Positions 56,882 to 64,000 of a stretch of DNA of 64,000 bases are shown one piece after another. Each line of letters starts with the position of its first letter. The stretch's first letter is position 1. The DNA is taken from NCBI GenBank assembly GCA_026390835.1, contig JAPLFD010000008.1, positions 34,396-98,395 of the forward strand. Direction: 5' to 3'. The notes under the pieces are model-generated. The model ran no database searches. It was not told where the DNA came from and was given only the letters and a program-made list of their open reading frames with translations. Position numbers and translations under genes: made by a program. This DNA is from Sphingobacteriales bacterium. Lineage in GTDB: Bacteria > Bacteroidota > Bacteroidia > Sphingobacteriales > Sphingobacteriaceae.

Positions 56882-58648
56882 TTACATCTTATTTGGTACC
56901 TGAATGCCCAATAAGCCCATGGTTTTTTTAATGGTTTTGGCCGTGGCTGCCGATAAAGCTAGTCGAAAGTTTTTTAACTCTTTATCTTCTAACTTCAAAA
57001 TGATTTCTTCGTGATAAAACTTATTGTAAAGTTTGGCTAACTCGTAGGTATAATTAGCCACCAAAGCTGGGCTATGTTCTTGAGCAGCTGCTTGTAAAAG
57101 GGCCGGATATTGGCTTAAACAAACCAATACATCACGTTCTGAAGAGGTTAGAGCGCCAGAATAATTCGTTTTAGCATTTGTTCCAAAATTTGCTTTGTTT
57201 AGCACCGATTGAATACGAGCATGGGTATATTGAATAAAGGGGCCGGTATTTCCTTGAAAATCGATGGATTCATTTGGATCGAATAATAAGCGTTTTTTAG
57301 GTTCTACTTTTAATAAAAAATATTTAAGTGCGCCTAAGCCAATCATGTGGTAGAGTTTTTCTTTTTCTTCTTCAGTAAAACCTTCTACTTTACCCAGTTC
57401 TTCGGTGCGTTGTTTGGCGGTAGCCACCATTTCGGCCAATAAATCATCGGCATCAACTACGGTTCCTTCTCTCGATTTCATTTTACCCGATGGTAAATCA
57501 ACCATACCATACGATAAGTGGTATAAACCCTTAGCCCAATTTTTTCCTAACTTTTCTAAAATGAGAAATAAGACTTTGAAGTGATAATCTTGTTCATTTC
57601 CAACCACATAAATCGATTCATCCATACCGAAATCGTCGTATTTGAGTTGTGCGGTACCTAAATCTTGCGTGATGTAAACCGAAGTGCCATCTGCACGCAA
57701 TACTAATTTTTCATCCAAGCCATCGGCGGTCAAATCTATCCATACAGAGCCATCGGGCTTTTTAAAAAACACACCCTTTTTCAGACCTTCTTCTATGCTG
57801 TCTTTACCTAGTAAATAGGTGTTAGACTCGTAGTAATACTTTTTAAAATCGACACCCAAAGTAGTATAGGTTTGCTCGAAACCCGCATACACCCAGGTAT
57901 TCATGGTTTTCCAAAGGCTGAGTACGGCTTCATCCCCGGCTTCCCAAGCTTGGAGCATAGCTTGTGCCTCCAGTATTAGTGGTGCTTGTTTTTTTGACTC
58001 TTCTTCGGTTTTGCCTTGGGCTACTAAGGCCTCTTGTTCGGCTTTGTAAGCTTTATCGAATAGCACGTAGTATTTTCCAACCAAATGGTCGCCTTTTAGG
58101 CCACTACTTGCTGGAGTTTCGCCATTTCCAAATTTCTGCCAAGCCAACATGGATTTGCAGATATGAATACCTCTATCGTTTACCAAATTGGCTTTAATAA
58201 CCTCATAACCACTAGCAGCCAATATTTCGGCTACGCTATAACCCAATAAGTTATTACGAACATGGCCAAGGTGTAAGGGTTTATTGGTATTTGGTGATGA
58301 ATACTCGACCATCACTTTTTTGCCATTGGCGGTAGCCTGATAATTACCAGCTTGTTCTAAACTGTTAATCCAATAACTATCGCTTATAGAAAGGTTTAAA
58401 AAGCCCTTAATCACGTTAAAAGCCGCTACGTCTGGAATAGCATTTTGCAAATATGTTCCCAACTCTTCGCCAGTTACTTCGGGCGATTTTTTTGAAAATT
58501 GGGTAATGGGAAAAGAAACCACTGTAATTTGACCATCAAACTCTTTGCGTGTTTCTTGTAAATTGAATGCATTTGCAGGCATTATGGCTTGATATAAATC
58601 GGAAACAGCTTGGGGTAAGGTATGAAGTATTTGTTCTTCTATGGTCAT
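56882..58648 (-). CDS. argS: arginine--tRNA ligase
   Basis: 588 aa. HIGH-type motif SSPNTNKPLHLGHVRN, a KMSK-like KMKSREG, and a C-terminal DALR anticodon-binding domain ending in M. Confidence 0.95.
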   Translation of the reverse strand: MTIEEQILHTLPQAVSDLYQAIMPANAFNLQETRKEFDGQITVVSFPITQFSKKSPEVTGEELGTYLQNAIPDVAAFNVIKGFLNLSISDSYWINSLEQAGNYQATANGKKVMVEYSSPNTNKPLHLGHVRNNLLGYSVAEILAASGYEVIKANLVNDRGIHICKSMLAWQKFGNGETPASSGLKGDHLVGKYYVLFDKAYKAEQEALVAQGKTEEESKKQAPLILEAQAMLQAWEAGDEAVLSLWKTMNTWVYAGFEQTYTTLGVDFKKYYYESNTYLLGKDSIEEGLKKGVFFKKPDGSVWIDLTADGLDEKLVLRADGTSVYITQDLGTAQLKYDDFGMDESIYVVGNEQDYHFKVLFLILEKLGKNWAKGLYHLSYGMVDLPSGKMKSREGTVVDADDLLAEMVATAKQRTEELGKVEGFTEEEKEKLYHMIGLGALKYFLLKVEPKKRLLFDPNESIDFQGNTGPFIQYTHARIQSVLNKANFGTNAKTNYSGALTSSERDVLVCLSQYPALLQAAAQEHSPALVANYTYELAKLYNKFYHEEIILKLEDKELKNFRLALSAATAKTIKKTMGLLGIQVPNKM

Positions 58649-58663
58649 TCTATTCGGGTGTAT

Positions 58664-59611
58664 TTAGTCGTTTAATAATGAGTTTGTGGCTCTTACCAAT
58701 ATTTCGAAAGCATTTTCGGCCATTAGGTTTTCTTTATCTAATGTTGGGTTAATTTCTACCATTTCAAAACAACAAACTTTGTCTGAAGTTAGCAACCTAG
58801 AGAGTAAATTACCGGCTTCACGTTCCGTTAAACCATTGGATACAGGAGTGCCTGTTCCTTTAGAAATAGCACTATCCAATACATCCACATCAAACGAAAC
58901 GTAAATTAAATCGCAATGATCCAAGGTCTGTATGGCATCAATAGCAATTCGTTCTACACTGCGCTTACGTATATCGGCAATGGTGAAATTTTTAACTCTA
59001 TGACGTTTTAATAAGAATTCTTCTTGAGGTTCTACATCACGAACACCAATATACACGACATCTTTATACGTAATTTTGGGTGCTATATTGGCCACGTTTT
59101 TTAGTTGAAACCAATAATTAAGCGTTTCCTGATCTGGCTTATTTACTTTTGAGTCTAGGTTATCTTCGTCTAAAACAATAGCCATAGACATACCATGCAA
59201 ATTGCCCGATGGCGTGGTATAGGGTGAATGTAAGTCGGCATGCGCATCTACCCAAATTACGCCTAATTTAGATTTAGGGTAAGCTTTACGAATACCGGAA
59301 ATGGTACCAGCTGCCGTACTGTGATCGCCGGCTAAAATAATGGGAAATGTGTTGTTTTCGAGTGTTTTAGCCACTTCTTCTGCTACCCGTTCTACCATGG
59401 TTAAAACGCCAGATATTCGTTTGGCATAAGCATTACCTGTGGCTTCTAATAACAAGTGGTTCTCGTTGGGTATTTCTAGGGTATTGTGTTTTTTAAAATA
59501 CCTACTTCCAAAATCTAATGCGGCAATTTTTATCGCATCTACCCCTAAACTAGCACCTCTTGTACCGGCGCCAATTTCTGATTTAACCTCTATTATTTTT
59601 AGTTCTTTCAT
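58664..59611 (-). CDS. ureohydrolase (arginase/agmatinase/formimidoylglutamase family)
   Basis: 315 aa. Mn-binding motifs GDHS, DAHADL and SFDVDVLD. Substrate is not assignable by eye. Confidence 0.8.
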   Translation of the reverse strand: MKELKIIEVKSEIGAGTRGASLGVDAIKIAALDFGSRYFKKHNTLEIPNENHLLLEATGNAYAKRISGVLTMVERVAEEVAKTLENNTFPIILAGDHSTAAGTISGIRKAYPKSKLGVIWVDAHADLHSPYTTPSGNLHGMSMAIVLDEDNLDSKVNKPDQETLNYWFQLKNVANIAPKITYKDVVYIGVRDVEPQEEFLLKRHRVKNFTIADIRKRSVERIAIDAIQTLDHCDLIYVSFDVDVLDSAISKGTGTPVSNGLTEREAGNLLSRLLTSDKVCCFEMVEINPTLDKENLMAENAFEILVRATNSLLND

Positions 59612-59686
59612 GGATCTTTTTCCTTACAACGGAAGAATATAAAAATTAATTTACTTAAACACTACACGTGATGCAATTTGCTTTTT

Positions 59687-59694
59687 TATATTTG
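59687..59694 (+). promoter_or_regulatory. candidate -7 promoter element (TATATTTG) for the arginine decarboxylase gene
   Basis: Exact TAnnTTTG match, 16 nt before the ATG at 59711. Confidence 0.45.
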
Positions 59695-59710
59695 CCAAAA
59701 ATACTAAAAA

Positions 59711-61099
59711 ATGCAGAGCTACGCGGAATTTCTTGACCTGAGTGTGGGTTTCCCTCAAGACGGTTACCAAGTTATTGATGATGAGTTGTATTTCCATGAA
59801 TTAAACCTTATGGAAATGATAGAAACTTATGGTACTCCACTACGGTTTACCTATTTGCCTATCATCTCAAAAAAAATTCAGGAGGCTAAATTATTGTTTC
59901 AAACGGCTATAGTTAAAAACAATTACCGTGGTGGATACAAGTATTGCTATTGTACCAAAAGTTCGCACTTTAGACATATTGTTGAAGAAGCACTTAAAAA
60001 CGATATTCACTTAGAAACATCCTCAGCTTTTGATATGCCCATGATTGATGCGCTAGAGAAAAAAGGCGTATTGGATAAAAAAATCACTGTGATTTGTAAC
60101 GGATTTAAAACCTTTCAATACAAACAATATATTATTGATATGTTACACGATGGGTATCAAAATATCATTCCGGTATTGGATAATAAAGAGGAATTTAACC
60201 TTTACGATGATGAATTAGATATTCCATGCAACTTGGGTATACGTATTGCTGCCGAGGAGCAACCCGATTCACAATTTTACACGTCTCGTTTGGGTATTCC
60301 GTTAGAAGATGTAATTGATTTTTACAAAGCTAAAATTGCCGAAAACCCTAATTTCAAGGTTAAATTATTACATTTCTTCATCAATTCAGGTATTTCTGAT
60401 ACGCCTTATTACTGGAACGAATTAGAAAAATACGTAACGCTGTATTGCCGTTTTAAAAAGATTAATCCCGATTTAACTACCCTTGATATTGGTGGTGGCA
60501 TGCCGTTTAAAGATTCGTTGGTATTTGATTTTGATTACGAATACATGGTAAATGAAATTGTAAAACGTATTAAAGAAATTTGCGCAGAACACGCCGTAAT
60601 GGAACCAGATATTATTACCGAATTTGGTAAATATACCGTTGCCGAGGCTTCGGGTATTTTATACAAGGTATTGGGTCGTAAGCAACAAAACGACCGCGAA
60701 AAGTGGTTGATGTTAGATGGTTCATTTATTACCAACCTACCCGATGTGTGGGCACTGAACCAAAAATATGTGCTATTACCTATAAACAACTGGGATGCTG
60801 AATACGAAAAAGTGAATTTAGGTGGTATTACTTGCGATGGGCAGGATTATTACAACCAAGAAGCACATATGAACAACGTATTTATGCCCAAAACCCGTAA
60901 GGTGCAGTATTTAGGCTTTTTTAATACTGGTGCTTACCAAGAGGTGTTAAGCGGTTACGGCGGTATTCATCATTGTTTATTACCATCTCCCAAACACGTA
61001 ATTATTCGCAGAAATAGAGACGAAAGTTTCAATTTCGAGGTTTTTGGTGAGGAGCAAAATAGTAAGCAGGTACTGAAAATATTAGGTTATACTTCCTAA
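59711..61099 (+). CDS. speA: arginine decarboxylase-like PLP enzyme (Orn/DAP/Arg decarboxylase fold type III, Bacteroidota 462-aa form)
   Basis: 462 aa. CTKSSH contains the PLP-lysine context, with DIGGGMP and GAYQE motifs. It is divergent from the ureohydrolase gene. Confidence 0.7.
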   Translation: MQSYAEFLDLSVGFPQDGYQVIDDELYFHELNLMEMIETYGTPLRFTYLPIISKKIQEAKLLFQTAIVKNNYRGGYKYCYCTKSSHFRHIVEEALKNDIHLETSSAFDMPMIDALEKKGVLDKKITVICNGFKTFQYKQYIIDMLHDGYQNIIPVLDNKEEFNLYDDELDIPCNLGIRIAAEEQPDSQFYTSRLGIPLEDVIDFYKAKIAENPNFKVKLLHFFINSGISDTPYYWNELEKYVTLYCRFKKINPDLTTLDIGGGMPFKDSLVFDFDYEYMVNEIVKRIKEICAEHAVMEPDIITEFGKYTVAEASGILYKVLGRKQQNDREKWLMLDGSFITNLPDVWALNQKYVLLPINNWDAEYEKVNLGGITCDGQDYYNQEAHMNNVFMPKTRKVQYLGFFNTGAYQEVLSGYGGIHHCLLPSPKHVIIRRNRDESFNFEVFGEEQNSKQVLKILGYTS

Positions 61100-61100
61100 A

Positions 61101-61820
61101 TTATTTATCAAACTTATCGAGTAATTTCAGGAGTGTAGCGAAATCTTTAGGATATGGCGCTTCAATAGTTACTGTATTTTCCGGGTTAATTTTAAACGTA
61201 ATTTGCTTGGCATGTAGTGCAAAACGCTTCATAATAGGTAGTTCTTCCTGGTCTTTTCCTAATTTATACCCTCGTTTAATACCCGAAAGCAGTACTGGTT
61301 GACCGCCATACAATTCATCGCCGGCAATAGCTGCTCGTTGTGAGGCTAAATGAATACGAATTTGGTGCATACGCCCACTCACCGGTTTGCATTCTACCAA
61401 AGTAAAGTGTTTATAGTAAGTAAGTGATTGAAAATAGGTTAAAGCCGTTTTACCCTCTTGCTTATTTATGGCTACGTTTTTATTACCCAAGTTTAAAATG
61501 GGTAAATCTACCTTTAAGGCATCAAATTGATGCGTTCCATTAATAACAGCATGATAAATCTTGTTTACCTCACGGTGTTCAAACTGCATGGAGATGAAGC
61601 GGTAAGTTTCTGGATTTTTAGCTAAAATAAGCGCTCCTGAGGTTTCTTTATCTAAACGATGGCAAATTTGTGCATCGGGAGTATAGTGTTTGGCTAAACG
61701 AAGTAAACTAGGCTCTGCTCCTTCTCTATTATCTAAAGAACTCAAAAAGGCTGGTTTGTTTACTACAATCAGATCGTCATTTTCAAATAAAATAAGATCT
61801 TTAAAAACGGGGAATTTCAA
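61101..61820 (-). CDS. RluA-family pseudouridine synthase
   Basis: 239 aa. Catalytic HRLDKETSG and the GRMHQIR motif. Confidence 0.88.
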   Translation of the reverse strand: MKFPVFKDLILFENDDLIVVNKPAFLSSLDNREGAEPSLLRLAKHYTPDAQICHRLDKETSGALILAKNPETYRFISMQFEHREVNKIYHAVINGTHQFDALKVDLPILNLGNKNVAINKQEGKTALTYFQSLTYYKHFTLVECKPVSGRMHQIRIHLASQRAAIAGDELYGGQPVLLSGIKRGYKLGKDQEELPIMKRFALHAKQITFKINPENTVTIEAPYPKDFATLLKLLDKFDK

Positions 61821-61841
61821 TAGTATGTGTGTTTAGAAACA

Positions 61842-61849
61842 CAAAAATA
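61842..61849 (-). promoter_or_regulatory. candidate -7 promoter element (TATTTTTG on the minus strand) for the pseudouridine synthase gene
   Basis: The plus strand reads CAAAAATA, 21 nt upstream of the 61820 ATG. Confidence 0.4.
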
Positions 61850-61866
61850 CGGATGTTAGTTGATAT

Positions 61867-62559
61867 TTAAGCGTTGAATTTGTAGCCTACGCCTTTCACT
61901 GTACCCACATAGGTATCACCAAGTTTTTCTCTCAACTTTCTTATATGCACATCAATGGTTCTATTGGTTACAATAACCGATTCTTCCCAAATACTTTTAA
62001 GAATTTGGTCTCGAGTAAACACCTTGCCTGGTTTAGATGCTAATAAGTGTAAAAGCTCGAATTCTTTTTTTGCTAAAACTACTTTTTTACCGGCTTGATA
62101 AACCAAAAAGGCCTCTCTATCTATTACTAAATCGTCAATCTCTAGTTTTTTAGGGCTTTGTTCTTGCTCGTTTTTCTGGTTGGTTCTACGTAAAATGGCG
62201 TTAATTCTACTTACCAATGATCTTGGTTTAATTGGCTTGGTTATGTAATCGTCGGCGCCTACATTAAAACCAGCAATTTCTGAGTATTCTTCATTCCGAG
62301 CTGTTAAGAAAACCATGAAGGTTTGCTTAAATTCAGGTAGTGTACGCATTAAACGGCAGGCTTCTATACCATCCATTTTGGGCATCATAACATCCAATAA
62401 AATTAAATCTGGTAGCACTTTTTTTGCAATAGTAATAGCTTCCTGGCCATTGGTGGCCGTAAAAACCTGGTATCCTTCTTGTTTTAAATTGTACTCAATA
62501 AGCTCTAGAATATCGGCTTCGTCGTCTACAATTAATATTTTGGGTTTGGTGCTACTCAT
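61867..62559 (-). CDS. OmpR/PhoB-type response regulator
   Basis: 230 aa. Receiver domain (ILIVDDE, phospho-acceptor in LILLDVMMP, K in ITKP) plus a winged-helix C-terminus (GVGYKF). Confidence 0.9.
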   Translation of the reverse strand: MSSTKPKILIVDDEADILELIEYNLKQEGYQVFTATNGQEAITIAKKVLPDLILLDVMMPKMDGIEACRLMRTLPEFKQTFMVFLTARNEEYSEIAGFNVGADDYITKPIKPRSLVSRINAILRRTNQKNEQEQSPKKLEIDDLVIDREAFLVYQAGKKVVLAKKEFELLHLLASKPGKVFTRDQILKSIWEESVIVTNRTIDVHIRKLREKLGDTYVGTVKGVGYKFNA

Positions 62560-62629
62560 AATTCTACTAAGCTAAACATTTTAAGTGCAGAGGGTATTAA
62601 CAATATGTTAAGAAATTATTAGCCAAGTA

Positions 62630-63724
62630 TTACTTAAGGGTATTACTTAGAAACTTAGATAATGCTTCACCACGTAAGTTTTTGGCTATAATTTTTCCTT
62701 CCGGATTTAATAAAAAATTAGCAGGTATGCCTTCAATTTTATATAAATTGGCAATAGGGCTCTCCCAACGTTTTAACTCCGAAACATGAGTCCAAGTTAA
62801 TTTATCATTTTTTATTGCTTTTAACCAAGCGTCTTTTTCGTCATCTAATGATATGCCTAAAATGGTGAAATTTTTATTCTTAAATGCTGCATAGGTTTTA
62901 ACCACATTTGGATTTTCGGCTCTGCAGGGTCCACACCAAGAAGCCCAAAAGTCTAATAAAACATATTTTCCTCTGAAATCGCTTAGTTTTATAACTTTTC
63001 CATCCGATGAGGCCATTTCGAAACTTGGCGACATCTGGCCAATGGAAACAGGCTTAATAGCTTCCATACGTTTTAAAAATTGCTCTACAGCTGTATTGTT
63101 TTTAAATTTGTCTTTAATTTTTTCGGCGTAAGCTAGTAAGACTTGTTCATTAGTTTCTTCGTTTAAGGCCCCCATAGCATAAAAACCGGCCAAATTAGTG
63201 CTATTGGCTAATCCAAACTCGGAAGTTTTCTTAGAATAGGCTGTCATATTGGATTCGAAACGTGGCGAAAGCACTTTTCGTAACGAATCTTCCAGTGTAG
63301 AATCTTTACTTACTTGATCTACGAATTCACGCTGTATAGCGTCAAAAATAGTGACGTATTTAGTGGATATAAGAGAAAAATCATGAATTTTCTTACTGTC
63401 TTCAGAGCCACTAACTGTATAATCACTTAGCGTCTCAATTCCTTGAATGTTTAACTCAATATCATCGCCATTTTTTGCAATCAACACAATTAACTTATCT
63501 CCAACGCTTAAGTTAAAAAAGTCGGCCACAACACTTTTTTGGGTAAAACTAAATTCTTTATTATCGTTTAAAAAAGCAGAATCTATAATGGCATCGTGTT
63601 GATACAAAAATACTTTTTTACTATTACCTGCATTTTCTATTTTTCCAGTAATCGTAAAGGAATCTTTGTTTTTACAGGCGAAAAGAAAGGCTATTGACAG
63701 AAAGATTAATGATGTTTTTTTCAT
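62630..63724 (-). CDS. TlpA-like thiol:disulfide oxidoreductase with an N-terminal DUF4369-like domain, lipoprotein
   Basis: 364 aa with a lipobox (AFLFAC). Thioredoxin fold carrying WASWCGPC. Confidence 0.85.
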   Translation of the reverse strand: MKKTSLIFLSIAFLFACKNKDSFTITGKIENAGNSKKVFLYQHDAIIDSAFLNDNKEFSFTQKSVVADFFNLSVGDKLIVLIAKNGDDIELNIQGIETLSDYTVSGSEDSKKIHDFSLISTKYVTIFDAIQREFVDQVSKDSTLEDSLRKVLSPRFESNMTAYSKKTSEFGLANSTNLAGFYAMGALNEETNEQVLLAYAEKIKDKFKNNTAVEQFLKRMEAIKPVSIGQMSPSFEMASSDGKVIKLSDFRGKYVLLDFWASWCGPCRAENPNVVKTYAAFKNKNFTILGISLDDEKDAWLKAIKNDKLTWTHVSELKRWESPIANLYKIEGIPANFLLNPEGKIIAKNLRGEALSKFLSNTLK

Positions 63725-64000
63725 GAGAATAAAGGTACTAAAACTGTATTTAATATGATAAAAAATTAGTTAGCGTTGAAAAAAGTACTTAATCCTATTT
63801 CCGATTTTGTGTAGAACAATAAAAAAATAGAATCCTTATCGCTCAAGCAGAAAAATGTACGTTGAGTTGGATATCATAGCTAATACTACGATTGGTCGAG
63901 ATAGCGGTAAAGATTGATGGATTATAAGTAGAAAAGTGTGTTTATGATAGGATAACGCATTATTCCGTTTCTGCTATTTTTTATCTAGAAATCTCAATCT

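Noticed and set aside
63725-64000. 276-nt non-coding tail at the window end as a possible RNA gene or truncated CDS
   Set aside because: Stops occur in all six frames and the longest ORF is about 21 codons. There are no tRNA/rRNA signatures and no convincing structure. It is probably the upstream region of the TlpA gene or of a gene beyond the window.
1-64000. CRISPR arrays, rRNA/tRNA genes, IS elements, prophage or defence-system gene signatures
   Set aside because: I scanned the intergenic regions and the ORF list. There are no repeat-spacer periodicity, no transposase, nuclease-helicase or methylase cassettes, and no structural RNA motifs. The window is essentially core chromosome apart from 42.2-47.5 kb.

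Overview
Densely packed chromosomal segment that looks like a Bacteroidota genome. Evidence for that: TAnnTTTG -7 promoter boxes, no Shine-Dalgarno-like leaders, LptD/amidase, WbqC and TIGR02757-type genes, and roughly 40% GC by eye. About 61 protein genes are supported. Most are housekeeping: mltG, ddl, rpsO-pnp, rpe, serC-serA, phoH, purC, rnz, lptD, cinA, a 2-oxoacid dehydrogenase E2, futalosine-pathway mqn genes, prmC, xerD, aroQ, mnmE, galK, gyrA, hemF, argS and speA. I found no rRNA, tRNA, CRISPR array, transposase or phage genes. The stand-out region is 42.2-47.5 kb. It holds a microbial rhodopsin with the DTE proton-pump motif, then a strong intrinsic terminator, then translationally coupled lycopene cyclase (crtY-type) and Blh retinal synthase genes. 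Two uncharacterised co-directional genes follow: a DMT/EamA permease and a 399-aa HTH-like helical orphan. The rhodopsin carries Gly at the position of bacteriorhodopsin Trp138, which is the xanthorhodopsin-type carotenoid window. The genes downstream of the rhodopsin look markedly more AT-rich than the flanks, and the block is bracketed by an 8-nt direct repeat. Secondary curiosities are a histidine phosphatase embedded in the mqn operon, a DUF62-ABM-hydrolase-ABC string, serC-serA-DUF1015, and -7 boxes abutting start codons (leaderless mRNAs). All calls rest on reading motifs by eye from the ORF translations. No database search was run, so family names are recognitions, not measured hits.
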